Positions 39,055 to 48,699 of a stretch of 64,000 nt of DNA are shown here, piece by piece. The position numbers were made by a program, and so were the translations under genes. Each line of letters begins with the position of its first letter. Position 1 is the first letter of the stretch. This DNA comes from Jatrophihabitantaceae bacterium. Lineage in GTDB: Bacteria; Actinomycetota; Actinomycetes; Mycobacteriales; Jatrophihabitantaceae. The notes beneath the pieces are model-generated. The model was not told where the DNA came from, searched no databases, and saw only the letters and a program-made list of their open reading frames with translations. The stretch lies in contig DASXYL010000040.1 of the NCBI GenBank assembly GCA_036502575.1, positions 47,283-111,282 on the forward strand, given 5' to 3'.

Positions 39055-39933
39055 GTGACCGCGACTGCCACGAAGACCGAGCCGGCCGGGCCACCTCCGG
39101 CTCACCGGTTCAAAGGGCTGTGGCCGCAACGGCTGCTGCATCACCGCACTCCGCGGCTGTGGCAAGAGCTGCTGCTGACCGGCGTCGGCTATTTCCTCTA
39201 CAGCAAGGTCCGCAACCTGCTGCCCGAGCAGGAGAGCATCGCGACGCGGCACGGTCGCAGCGTGCAATGGCTGCAAGATCATCTGCACCTGAACTTCGAG
39301 CTGTCGGTGAACCGCTTCGTGTACCACCACGAGTGGATCGCGCAGACGATGGACTACTACTACGCGACGATGCACTTCGTCGTCACCATCGGCGTACTGG
39401 TGTGGCTGTTCGTGGCCCGCAAACGGATCTATCGCGGCATGCGCACGGCGCTGTTCGCGACGACGCTGTTCGGGCTGCTCGGGTTCTTCCTGTATCCGCT
39501 CGCGCCCCCGCGGCTACTGCCGCAGTACGGCTACTTCGACACGCTGAAGCTGTACCACACCTGGGGTTCGCTGGCTGATCCGGACGTCGAGAAGCACACC
39601 AACCAGTACGCGGCGATGCCCAGCCTGCACATCGGCTGGTCCACGTGGTGCGCGATCGCCGTGTTCTTCTGTACCCGGCTGGTCTGGCTACGCGTGCTGG
39701 CAGTGTCCTACCCGATCGTCACGCTCATGGTCATCGTCGGCACGGCCAACCACTTCGTCATCGACGCGGTCGGCGGCTTGATCGTCGTCAGCGCCGGGTT
39801 CGGCGTGCAGTGGCTGATGTCCGGGCACCCGGCCCACGAGCCGGCGCCCGATCCACCCGACGATGTCCACCCGCCGAGCTGGCTGCGCCGACCCCCCTGG
39901 CTGCATTGGCCCTGGGAGCGCACTCAGTCGTAG
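39055..39933 (+). CDS. PAP2_C-like (inositolphosphotransferase/sphingomyelin-synthase-like) membrane protein
   Basis: 292 aa multi-TM protein with PSLHIGWSTW and a NHFVIDAVGG motif context. Confidence 0.55.
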   Translation: MTATATKTEPAGPPPAHRFKGLWPQRLLHHRTPRLWQELLLTGVGYFLYSKVRNLLPEQESIATRHGRSVQWLQDHLHLNFELSVNRFVYHHEWIAQTMDYYYATMHFVVTIGVLVWLFVARKRIYRGMRTALFATTLFGLLGFFLYPLAPPRLLPQYGYFDTLKLYHTWGSLADPDVEKHTNQYAAMPSLHIGWSTWCAIAVFFCTRLVWLRVLAVSYPIVTLMVIVGTANHFVIDAVGGLIVVSAGFGVQWLMSGHPAHEPAPDPPDDVHPPSWLRRPPWLHWPWERTQS

Positions 39934-42857
39934 AAGATCCGCTCGACGACGCGACGCGCTCGGCGCGCGGTACGCCGCCAGTCGTCGATGACCTGTCCGG
40001 GGTCGAAGCCCGGCGGGTAACCCAATGCCCGGCCCACCCCGACCAGGGCCGGGCCCTGCGTGGGCAGCTGGTCGTCGGCCTTGTCGCGGACGAGCATCAC
40101 GGCATTGCGCGCGTGCGTGGCCAGACGCCAGGCCGCCTCCAGCGTGGCGGCGTCGTGGCCGTCGATCAGCCCGGCTGACGCCGCGGCCCGCAACGCGGGC
40201 AGCGTCTGCGTGGTGCGCAGTCCCTCGACCCCGTGCCCGTGCGCGAGCTGCAGCAGCTGGACCGTCCACTCGATGTCGGTTAGACCACCGCGCCCCAGCT
40301 TGAGGTGCGTCGTCGGGTCGGCGCCCCGGGGCAGCCGCTCGGCGTCCATCCGCCCCTTGAGCCGACGGATCTCGGCGCGGTCGTCGGCCCGCACGCCGGC
40401 CGCCGGGTAACGCACCGGGTCGATCAGCTCGGTGAACCGCGCACCGAGGGACGCGTCCCCCGCCGCGAAGCGCGCCCGCAGCAGCGCCTGCGCCTCCCAC
40501 GCCGATGACCAGCGGGCGTAGTACTCGGCGTACGAGCCAAGCGATCGCACGAGCGGGCCATTGCGTCCCTCCGGGCGCAGGTTCGCGTCGATGCCGAGCG
40601 GCGCGTCCGTGGACGGCGCCCCGAGCAGGGTCCGCATCCGCTCGGCGACGCCGTGGGCCATCCGGGCGGAGTCACCGGCTGCGTCTCCGCCCGAGCCCCC
40701 GTCGTACACGAACATGACGTCGGCGTCGGAGCCGTAGCCGACCTCGCAGCCACCGAGCCGACCCATCGCGATCACCGCGAACTCGATGGGCAGCTCGGCT
40801 ACACCGAGCTCGGCGGCCACCGAGCGCCGCGCGACGCCGAGAGCCCCGTCCAGCGTCGCCTCGGTGATCGCGGTGATCGCCTCCCCCACGGCCGCGACGT
40901 CGATGCGGCCCAGCAGGTCCGCGAAGGCGGTGCGCAGCAGTTCCTGGCGACGGATGCCGCGCACGACCGACACGGCGGCGACGTCGTCGGGCTGGCGCGC
41001 GGCCGCGTCGCTCATGGTGGCGCGCAGCTCGTCGGCGGGCCGCGGTGCGAGCGACGCGTCGTCGGCCAGCAGTTGCAGCGCCTCGGGGGCGCGTTCGAGC
41101 ATGCCGGCGACGTAGCGGCTCGTGCCGAGCAGGAACGCCAGCCGCTGTGCCACCGCGCCCTCGTCCCGCAGCAGGCGCAGATACCAGGGCGAGGTGCCCA
41201 GGGCCTCGGACACGCGCCGGTACGCCAGCAGCCCGGCGTCGGAATCGGTGGCGTCGGCGAAGTACGCCAGCATCGCGGGCAGCAACGCCCGCTGCAACGC
41301 GGCCCGGCGCGACACTCCGGCGGTCAGCGCCTCGATGTGCCGCAGCGCGCCGCTCGGGTCGGCGAATCCCAGCGCGGCGAGCCGGCGGCCGGCCTCGCCC
41401 GCAGTCAGGCGCAGGCCCTCGGACGGCACACGCGCCACGGCGTCCAGCAGCGGGCGATAGAACAGTTTCTCGTGCAGCCGGCGCACCTCTCGGGCATGCA
41501 GCGCCCACTCGGCCGCGAACACCGCGCGCACGTCGCCGCGAGCGTCCGGGCGGTAGCCCATGGCGCGGGCCAGCACGGCGAGCTCGTACGGGTCGTCAGG
41601 GATGAGATGCGTGCGCCGCAGCCGGCGCAGTTGCACCCGATGCTCGGCGGCGCGCAGGAACCGGTACGCATCGCCCAGGCTCAGCGCGTCGTCGCGGCCG
41701 ACGTAGCCGCCGTCGCGCAGGGCATCGAGCGCCGGCAGGGTGCCGGCCACCCGCAACGACTCGTCGCCGCGTCCGTGCACCAGCTGCAGCAGCTGCACCG
41801 CGAACTCGACGTCGCGCAAACCGCCCGGCCCGAGTTTGATCTCGCGCTCGGCGACGTCGGCCGGCAGCTGGGCGACCACCCGCCGCCGCATCGCCTGGAC
41901 GTCGCCGACGAAGCCGGGACGCTCCGCCGCTGTCCACACCAGGGGCGCAATCACGTCGAGGTACTGCTGGCCGAGTGCCGCATCGCCCGCGACCGGACAC
42001 GCCTTGAGCAGCGCCTGGAACTCCCAGGTGCTGGCCCAGCGCCGGTAGTACGCCTCGTGACTGGCCAGCGTGCGGACCAGCGGGCCGGCCTTGCCCTCCG
42101 GACGCAGCGCCGCGTCGACCTCCCACGCGGCTGCCCCGCAGACGCGCATCGTTTCGGCGGCCAGCCTCGTCGCGACCCCCAATGCGGCTTGCTCGTCGGC
42201 ACCGTCCACGGGCTCGGCCACGAAGATCACGTCGACGTCGGAGACGTAGTTCAGCTCGCGAGCGCCGGCCTTGCCCATGGCGATGACCGCGAGCCGGCAC
42301 GTCGACGCCTCGACGGGCATCGCCGCGACCGCCCCGGACAGCGCGGCCCGCAGCACCTCCCCGGCCAGGCCGGCCAGCGCCTCGGTCACCGCCCGCATGT
42401 CCAGCTCCCCGGCCAGATCGCGACCGGCGATCGCCACGAGCTCGCGCCGATGAGCCGCCCGCAGCTCGGCGATCGTCCCGGGCGGCACCGTCGACGGTTG
42501 GTAGGGCCCCACCAGCACGCGCCAGTCCGCTGGGTACGCGACGAGATGGTCAGCCAGCGCGGACGAGGCGCCGAGCAGGCCGGTCAGCCGAGCCCGGAAG
42601 GGCTGGTCCCGACCGAGGGTCTCGAGCAGGTCCGGGCCGGCGGCCTCGGCCAGATCGGCCAGGCTGCGCAGGGCGGCGTCAGGGTCCGCGCACCGGCCCA
42701 GCGCCGCGACGACCGCGGCGGCCCGGTCGTCGCTCGGGGCGTTGGCGTCGGCGTCCCACAGCTGGAGCGGCTTGCCACCGAGCAGCTCGCCGGCCCGGGC
42801 CGCCTCGGTGAAGCCCAGGCGGGCGAGCCGCTGCGCGATCCGGCCCTCCGCGCTCAC
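39924..42857 (-). CDS. glnE: Bifunctional glutamine synthetase adenylyltransferase/adenylyl-removing enzyme GlnE
   Basis: Two nucleotidyltransferase modules (GKAGARELNYVSDVDVIFV and GRLGGCEVGYGSDADVMFV). GTG at 42857 gives VSAEGRIAQRLARLGF and overlaps the upstream stop (GTGA). Confidence 0.9.
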   Translation of the reverse strand: MSAEGRIAQRLARLGFTEAARAGELLGGKPLQLWDADANAPSDDRAAAVVAALGRCADPDAALRSLADLAEAAGPDLLETLGRDQPFRARLTGLLGASSALADHLVAYPADWRVLVGPYQPSTVPPGTIAELRAAHRRELVAIAGRDLAGELDMRAVTEALAGLAGEVLRAALSGAVAAMPVEASTCRLAVIAMGKAGARELNYVSDVDVIFVAEPVDGADEQAALGVATRLAAETMRVCGAAAWEVDAALRPEGKAGPLVRTLASHEAYYRRWASTWEFQALLKACPVAGDAALGQQYLDVIAPLVWTAAERPGFVGDVQAMRRRVVAQLPADVAEREIKLGPGGLRDVEFAVQLLQLVHGRGDESLRVAGTLPALDALRDGGYVGRDDALSLGDAYRFLRAAEHRVQLRRLRRTHLIPDDPYELAVLARAMGYRPDARGDVRAVFAAEWALHAREVRRLHEKLFYRPLLDAVARVPSEGLRLTAGEAGRRLAALGFADPSGALRHIEALTAGVSRRAALQRALLPAMLAYFADATDSDAGLLAYRRVSEALGTSPWYLRLLRDEGAVAQRLAFLLGTSRYVAGMLERAPEALQLLADDASLAPRPADELRATMSDAAARQPDDVAAVSVVRGIRRQELLRTAFADLLGRIDVAAVGEAITAITEATLDGALGVARRSVAAELGVAELPIEFAVIAMGRLGGCEVGYGSDADVMFVYDGGSGGDAAGDSARMAHGVAERMRTLLGAPSTDAPLGIDANLRPEGRNGPLVRSLGSYAEYYARWSSAWEAQALLRARFAAGDASLGARFTELIDPVRYPAAGVRADDRAEIRRLKGRMDAERLPRGADPTTHLKLGRGGLTDIEWTVQLLQLAHGHGVEGLRTTQTLPALRAAASAGLIDGHDAATLEAAWRLATHARNAVMLVRDKADDQLPTQGPALVGVGRALGYPPGFDPGQVIDDWRRTARRARRVVERIFYD

Positions 42858-43687
42858 TGGTCGAACGTCGGAGGCTCGTGGGCGGCCTGCATCTGCGCCG
42901 CCAGCGCGGCCCGGATCGCCGCGGGGTCGGTCACCGGTTCGGCGGTGGCCATGCGCAGCGGACGGGTGCGGGGCACCGACGCCGGATCGTCGACGATGCC
43001 GGCGAACGTGGCGACCACCGGCGGCCACACCTCGGCGATGTCGGCGTGCACGGCGTCGCTGCGCTCGAGCAGGCGCTCGACGTCGTAGCCGTCGAGCGCA
43101 GCCGCGTCCTCAGCGGCCCACTGGCGCACCAGGGCCGGCGTGGTCTCGATGTGGAACTGGATGCCCCACGCGACGCGTCCGGCCCGGAACGCCTGCACCT
43201 CGCAGGTGGGCGAACCGGCCAGCAGCACGGCGCCGGGCGGCAGGTCGAGCACGGCGTCGAAGTGCCACTGGATCACGTCCGGGGTGATCGGCAGGTCGCG
43301 AAACAGTGGATCGGTGCCCGCGTTGGCCCGCTTGGCCACCAGCTGCGCCCCGAACTCGGGGCCCTCGGGGTTGGGTCCGACCCGCCCGCCCAGCGCGACG
43401 GCGAGCAACTGGGCGCCGAGGCAGATCGCCAGCGTCGGTGTCTCGTCCGCGAGCGCCTGCGCCAGCAGGGCCCGCACCGACGGCAGCCAGGGTGCGCGCT
43501 CGTCGTCGGCGGCCGACATGCCGCCGCCGAGCACGACCAGCCCGTCGTAGCCGTTCAGCGCCGGTATCGAGTCCCCGGCCTCCGCGTTGCGGACATCGAG
43601 GCGCACGCCGGCCGCGCTCAGCCAGTCGCCCAGCGGCCCGAGCGGGTCGCTGACCGCGTTCTGCACGACCAGCACCGAACGACTCAT
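42854..43687 (-). CDS. Class I glutamine amidotransferase-like protein
   Basis: 277 aa with LAICLGAQLL (nucleophile Cys) and IQFHIE (His/Glu). Confidence 0.75.
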   Translation of the reverse strand: MSRSVLVVQNAVSDPLGPLGDWLSAAGVRLDVRNAEAGDSIPALNGYDGLVVLGGGMSAADDERAPWLPSVRALLAQALADETPTLAICLGAQLLAVALGGRVGPNPEGPEFGAQLVAKRANAGTDPLFRDLPITPDVIQWHFDAVLDLPPGAVLLAGSPTCEVQAFRAGRVAWGIQFHIETTPALVRQWAAEDAAALDGYDVERLLERSDAVHADIAEVWPPVVATFAGIVDDPASVPRTRPLRMATAEPVTDPAAIRAALAAQMQAAHEPPTFDQ

Positions 43688-43697
43688 GCTCTCGACT

Positions 43698-45779
43698 CTA
43701 AACGGCCACCATCTCGCGTTTCGGCGGTGCCGCCGACGGTTCCGCCTCGTCCGGTTCGCGTGGCATCAGCAAATAGGCACTGATGTACAGCAAGGCTGCG
43801 ATGATCAGCAGGGCGCGGTATCCGAACGCGAGCGACAGGTACTCGAGGGCACCGCCGAGCATCGAGCCGAGCAGATTCGTCGCGAAAGCGATCGTCGGAT
43901 GCTTGGTACTTGCGAACCGCTTGGCGAAGATCACGTTCGCGGCGAAGATCGGCAGGAACGCGATGAGCACCGCGAGCGGCAGCCTGCCCAGGGCCGGCAG
44001 CGACAGCAGCCAGGACGCGGGCACGAGCCAGGCCAGGGCCAGACCGCCCAGCAGCAACCCGTACATGACCGGCACGGGCGGCGTCGCCCGTCTTCGCGTC
44101 ACCTCCACCGCCGCGAGCACGGCGAGCAGCACGCCGCCGAACACGAACGCGTTGACCAACCAGGTCGTGCCGAACAGCAGGGCGAACCCGGTGACGTTCT
44201 TCGTCTCCAGCAGCAGGAACGCAGCCCCGAGCAGGAACAGGTCGCGGTAGGACCACATCTGCCGCACCGCGCCGAGCCGGGATGTGTTTGCACTTCGCGG
44301 GCGGGTGAGCAGCACCGCGAGCACGGCCAGCACGCTCGCCAGCAGGATGAGCGCCAGCGTCTTGACGTACAGCGCGGGCACCCTCGAGTGCTCGAGGTAC
44401 AGGAACGGCTTGTCGTCCGTCGACGGAGGCGGCGTGGCCGCCGAACGCTGCCAGGTGTGCTGCTGGCAGTTCTGGTCGGCCGCTGACAGTCCGGCCAGAA
44501 TAACGGCGCGGTTGGGTGCGGACGGATCCTGCGCCAGGCAGGGCGTATGGCTGAACGCGGCGTCGGCCGTCCCGGCGAGCCGATCGACGAGCCAGCCCTC
44601 GCGGTAGTAGTTGTACATCGCGAAGGCCCCACCGGCCGCCAAGTGCGAGCGTGCGGATCGCATCGCCTCGACGGTGAATAGGTAGCTCTCCAGGCGTAGC
44701 GAGCTGGCGCCGGAGACGAGCGTCAACGAGTCAGGTAAGGCGAACAGGATCAGATCGAACTTCTTGTGCGTCGACTGCAGGTACGCCCGCCCGTCGGTGA
44801 CATGGGTGGTGACCCGCGGGTTTTGGTATACGTGATCGGGATTGTGCTGGCGGCCGAAGCGCAGCAATGTCGGGTCGATCTCGACAGCGTCCACGTGCTG
44901 GACGTGCCGGGCCAGCGCGATCGCGACATCCGTACCGGTGCCTGCGCCCACGATCAGCACGTTCTTCGGCGGCCGCGGCGCCAGCAGGTAGGGCTGCAGG
45001 TACCAGGACTCCTCCGTCTCGCGCGCGGTCGCGCTCGTCAACCGTTGGTGCGGGATGCCGTTGACCTGCACGTCCCAGGCCGGCCCGCCCTTCGCGTCCT
45101 GCGACGGGATCGTCGTCACCTGGTAGTACGGCGACCAGAAGACGCCCTTGTCGTGTCGCAACGGATACACGAGCATCAACGCGAGGCCTAGCAACAGCGG
45201 CACCGAGACCGACACGCCCGGTTTACCGAGCAGCGCGACGAACAGTGCGCCGATGATGGTGAACCACACCAGCGGCGGCGCGTCCAGGAAGGCCAGACCG
45301 GTGAACGCGACGATGCCGATGAGGCTGCCAAGCAGGTCGTAACGGTAGGCGTCGAGCCTGGGCAGCTGCTGGAAGCACGCAGCGACGAGCTCGCCCGGTC
45401 CAGCCATGATGGCGGCCACGGCGAGGAAAATCGCCGGCAAGGTAAGCCAGATCGGTGGCCCGTTCGTGCTGAGGCTGGTGAAGAAGATGACCGAGCTGCC
45501 CTGCCGGTCGACGGTCACGGGATAGGCCGAGATGAAGCCGATCAAGCCGAGCAGCACCATCGGGGAGTAGTACGGCGTGGGCACGCGATCCTCGGGAGCT
45601 CGCAGGAACCCCAGGCCGATGCCGAGGAACGAGCCCAGCAGGACGAAGTTCGAGAAGTAACTCAGATGCAGGACGTTCGCGCCGGTCCAGCGGATGAGCG
45701 ACAACTCGAGGAACAACATGAGCGCACTGGCTAGAACAAGTCGGGCGCGCGACGACATACCGGACCTCCCAGGGTGCAC
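43698..45779 (-). CDS. Polytopic membrane protein with an embedded spermidine-synthase-like (aminopropyl/methyltransferase fold) domain
   Basis: 693 aa. About 7 TM helices, then VLIVGAGTGTDV...VDAVEIDP...FDLILFALPD, then about 5 more TM helices. Confidence 0.7.
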   Translation of the reverse strand: MHPGRSGMSSRARLVLASALMLFLELSLIRWTGANVLHLSYFSNFVLLGSFLGIGLGFLRAPEDRVPTPYYSPMVLLGLIGFISAYPVTVDRQGSSVIFFTSLSTNGPPIWLTLPAIFLAVAAIMAGPGELVAACFQQLPRLDAYRYDLLGSLIGIVAFTGLAFLDAPPLVWFTIIGALFVALLGKPGVSVSVPLLLGLALMLVYPLRHDKGVFWSPYYQVTTIPSQDAKGGPAWDVQVNGIPHQRLTSATARETEESWYLQPYLLAPRPPKNVLIVGAGTGTDVAIALARHVQHVDAVEIDPTLLRFGRQHNPDHVYQNPRVTTHVTDGRAYLQSTHKKFDLILFALPDSLTLVSGASSLRLESYLFTVEAMRSARSHLAAGGAFAMYNYYREGWLVDRLAGTADAAFSHTPCLAQDPSAPNRAVILAGLSAADQNCQQHTWQRSAATPPPSTDDKPFLYLEHSRVPALYVKTLALILLASVLAVLAVLLTRPRSANTSRLGAVRQMWSYRDLFLLGAAFLLLETKNVTGFALLFGTTWLVNAFVFGGVLLAVLAAVEVTRRRATPPVPVMYGLLLGGLALAWLVPASWLLSLPALGRLPLAVLIAFLPIFAANVIFAKRFASTKHPTIAFATNLLGSMLGGALEYLSLAFGYRALLIIAALLYISAYLLMPREPDEAEPSAAPPKREMVAV

Positions 45780-45806
45780 GGCTTATCGGTGGTACCGGGT
45801 CAGCGA

Positions 45807-47165
45807 CTACAGCGAAGGCAGGTAGCGCTGCAGCTCGAACGGAGTGACCTCGGCACGATAGTCGACCCACTCGGCTCGCTTGTTACGCAGGAAGTAGTCG
45901 AAGACGTGCTCGCCCAGCGTTTCGGCGACCAGCTCGGACTCCTCCATCGCCCGCAACGCGTCGGCGAGGTTGTGCGGCAACTCGTCGTAGCCCAGCGCCC
46001 GCCGCTCGGTGTCCGAGAGCGACCAGACGTCGTTCTCGGCCCCTGGGGGTAGCTCGTAGCCCTGCTCGATGCCCCGCATGCCGGCCGCGAGCAGCACGGC
46101 GAAGGCGAGGTACGGATTGCACGCCGAGTCCGGCGATCGCATCTCGACCCGCGTCGAGTTGGCCTTGCCCGGCTTGTACATCGGTACGCGCACCAGCGCC
46201 GAGCGGTTGGCGTGACCCCAGCAGATGAACGTCGGCGCTTCGACGAGCTCGCCCGGCGCGGCGTAGCCGTACAGCCGCTTGTAGGAGTTCACCCACTGGT
46301 TGGTGACCGCCGTGATCTCGCGGGCGTGGTGCAGCAGCCCGGCGATGAACGCCCGCGCCGTCTTGGACAGGTTCAGCGGATCGCTCGGATCGTGGAAGGC
46401 GTTGCTGTCGCTCTCGAACAGCGACAGGTGGGTGTGCATACCGCTACCCGGGCGCTGCCCGAACGGTTTGGGCATGAACGTCGCGTGCACGCCGTGCGCG
46501 ATCGCGACCTCCTTGACCACGTGCCGGAACGTCATGATGTTGTCGGCCATCGACAGCGCATCGGCGTAGCGCAGATCGATCTCCTGCTGCCCCGGCGCCA
46601 CCTCGTGGTGGCTGAACTCGACCGAGATGCCCAAGCCTTCCAAAGCACTGACCGCGTCGCGCCGGAAGTCGTGCGCCGTGTCGTGGCTGGTCATGTCGAA
46701 ATAGCCGCCGTTGTCGATCGGCTGCGGCTCGCTGCCGTCGGTCGGGCGGTCCTTCAGCAGGAAGAACTCGATCTCGGGATGGGTGTAGAACGTGAACCCG
46801 CGCTCGGCCGCCCTCGACAGCGACCGGCGCAGCACATAGCGAGGATCGGCCCACGACGGCGAGCCGTCGGGCATCGTGATGTCGCAGAACATGCGCGCCG
46901 AGTCGGCCGGGCGACCGTCTGGCTCGGGCAGGATCTGGAACGTCGCGGGATCTGGACGGGCGAGCATGTCGCTCTCGCTGGCCCTCGCAAAACCCTCGAT
47001 CGCCGAGCCGTCGAACCCGATGCCCTCCTCGAACGCGCCGTCGAGTTCCGCGGGCGCGATCGCCACCGACTTGAGGTAGCCGAGGACATCGGTGAACCAC
47101 AGCCGCACGAACCGGATCTGACGCTCCTCGAGCGTCCTGAGCACGAACTCCTGTTGGCGGTCCAC
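45807..47165 (-). CDS. glnA2: Glutamine synthetase-like protein GlnA2
   Basis: 452 aa with GTG start after GGAGA. FDGSAIEGF, MPKPFGQRPGSGMHTHLS. Confidence 0.9.
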   Translation of the reverse strand: MDRQQEFVLRTLEERQIRFVRLWFTDVLGYLKSVAIAPAELDGAFEEGIGFDGSAIEGFARASESDMLARPDPATFQILPEPDGRPADSARMFCDITMPDGSPSWADPRYVLRRSLSRAAERGFTFYTHPEIEFFLLKDRPTDGSEPQPIDNGGYFDMTSHDTAHDFRRDAVSALEGLGISVEFSHHEVAPGQQEIDLRYADALSMADNIMTFRHVVKEVAIAHGVHATFMPKPFGQRPGSGMHTHLSLFESDSNAFHDPSDPLNLSKTARAFIAGLLHHAREITAVTNQWVNSYKRLYGYAAPGELVEAPTFICWGHANRSALVRVPMYKPGKANSTRVEMRSPDSACNPYLAFAVLLAAGMRGIEQGYELPPGAENDVWSLSDTERRALGYDELPHNLADALRAMEESELVAETLGEHVFDYFLRNKRAEWVDYRAEVTPFELQRYLPSL

Positions 47166-47210
47166 GGTTCTCCAGTCTCCAGGTGACCGATGACGGCGAG
47201 ATTACGCCGC

Positions 47211-47320
47211 CCTTGGGAGTTGTCCGCGCTTCGCGGCGCTATGACGTCGTTTAGCGCGGACAACTTGCGGCCCCACGCGCTCTGAGCGCGGGCGCTCTTC
47301 GCGTGTGGGGGCGTGTGGGG
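47211..47320 (+). repeat. Intergenic repeat: module M2 (47211-47270) + degenerate M3 with a 10-bp tandem duplication (47287-47320)
   Basis: ccttgggagttgtccgcgc...gctatgacgtcgtttagcgcggacaacttg is the reverse complement match of 33894-33952. It lies 46-105 bp upstream of the glnA2 start. Confidence 0.8.
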
Positions 47321-47322
47321 AG

Positions 47323-48699
47323 TCAGTGGGGGCAGGCGGGGAGATCCGGTAGGCCTTGCAGGCTGAACAGGTACTGGTCCCACTGATAGGTCGCGGCGAC
47401 CTGGTTGCCGGCCGGGTTGGTGTACTCCTGGATGGACACCATGCCGTCGGTCGTCTCCTCCCCCGCGACCCGGCTGCCGTGTGCCAGCTGGGCGAAGGTG
47501 CCGGTACTGAGATCGAGGACGAACACGCCGCCCGCGTCCCACACGAGGAAGTGCCCGTACAGCGCCGGGTAGGTCGGCCCGGCGATCTGCAGCCGTTGGC
47601 CGTCCGGCCAGGACGGGCCGCTGGGGACGAGCGTGACCGACTTGCCCCACGAAGGACGCCAGGCTCGGATGACCTGATCGGTCGTCCACACGATCAGGTC
47701 GCCATTGCTGATCACGTAGTTGGGCCGGTCGGCGGCGATGGTCAGCCCGGCCGGCAGCGTCCTCGGCGTGCCGGTGTCCTGGTCGATCGCGATCAAGCGC
47801 TCGGGTGGGCCGCTCGTGTCGGTCGGCTGCGGCCGGGGGGCGTTCGGCGCGATCGCGGTGTAGAGCAACTGGTCGTTGTAGGACACGAACGATTCCGTCA
47901 GTCCCCGGTACAAGACCTTCGTCCGGCCGGTGGCCAGCGCGTACTGCATCAGCTGGCTGCCACCCCAACCGGTGGTGTCGGGCGCGGCCTGGATCCAGTA
48001 CAGGTACCGCGACGTCAGCTTGGGCTGGACGTATCCACTGCGCAGCGGACGCCCGGCGGAATCGACCGGATTGCTCGCGACCAGCGTGAGCTTGCTCGCG
48101 CCCCGATCCCACAGGTAGAGGCGCCACACCCAGGCGGCACCTTCGCCGTTGACCGGGTGGTAGATGAACGCTGTGTGGTCCGACGTGCCCGAATCCCAGC
48201 CGATTCCGCCGGCGTAGCCCATCCCGGGTTCGGAGGCGTTGGGCGCGTCGGGGTCGATCCGGATCGTGCCGACGTCCTCGACGACGCGATGTTGCTTGCC
48301 GACAAAAGCGATGCGGGCGGTCGTCCCGCTGTCCGACTCGAGCAGCACGCCGGTGCCCTGCGCGTTCGGTGCCTTGGTCCCGTGGTGATCCCACACGCCT
48401 TGCCACAGCTGGCCCCGCTGCTTCGCGGCTTGCCACGCCAGGGGCAACGCGACGAAGCAGGGCTGCGCGCGCACGACGACGTTGGGCGATGAAGGCAAGC
48501 TGCTCGGCGACGGAGCAGGGCTGCTCGACGAGGAGCGGACCGTCTCGCCGGGCGTCGAACGAGACGAACTCGAACGGTGCCCGGCCGAGTGACTCGTGCA
48601 CCCGGCTACCACCACCACCACCGCCAGCACCGCGGCGAAGCGCCGCCTACCAGATGTAGCCACGGCCACCGAGCGCGACGACGACGGTGTGCGCACCAC
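47323..48699 (-). CDS. Secreted lipoprotein, unknown function (beta-rich)
   Basis: Signal peptide and lipobox VVVVAGCTS, Ser-rich linker. The start is uncertain (ATG 48699 overlaps the upstream gene by 53 nt; GTG 48669 and 48663 are alternatives). Confidence 0.55.
   Translation of the reverse strand: MVRTPSSSRSVAVATSGRRRFAAVLAVVVVVAGCTSHSAGHRSSSSRSTPGETVRSSSSSPAPSPSSLPSSPNVVVRAQPCFVALPLAWQAAKQRGQLWQGVWDHHGTKAPNAQGTGVLLESDSGTTARIAFVGKQHRVVEDVGTIRIDPDAPNASEPGMGYAGGIGWDSGTSDHTAFIYHPVNGEGAAWVWRLYLWDRGASKLTLVASNPVDSAGRPLRSGYVQPKLTSRYLYWIQAAPDTTGWGGSQLMQYALATGRTKVLYRGLTESFVSYNDQLLYTAIAPNAPRPQPTDTSGPPERLIAIDQDTGTPRTLPAGLTIAADRPNYVISNGDLIVWTTDQVIRAWRPSWGKSVTLVPSGPSWPDGQRLQIAGPTYPALYGHFLVWDAGGVFVLDLSTGTFAQLAHGSRVAGEETTDGMVSIQEYTNPAGNQVAATYQWDQYLFSLQGLPDLPACPH

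Noticed and set aside
47228-47262. Reading the M2 repeat upstream of glnA2 as a GlnR box (minus strand GTTGT-n6-TAAAC-n6-ATAGC-n6-AAGCG).
   Set aside because: The spacing fits, but only one of four pentamers (TAAAC) approaches the consensus. The same repeat also occurs where no nitrogen gene follows. I kept it only as a note under the M2 finding.
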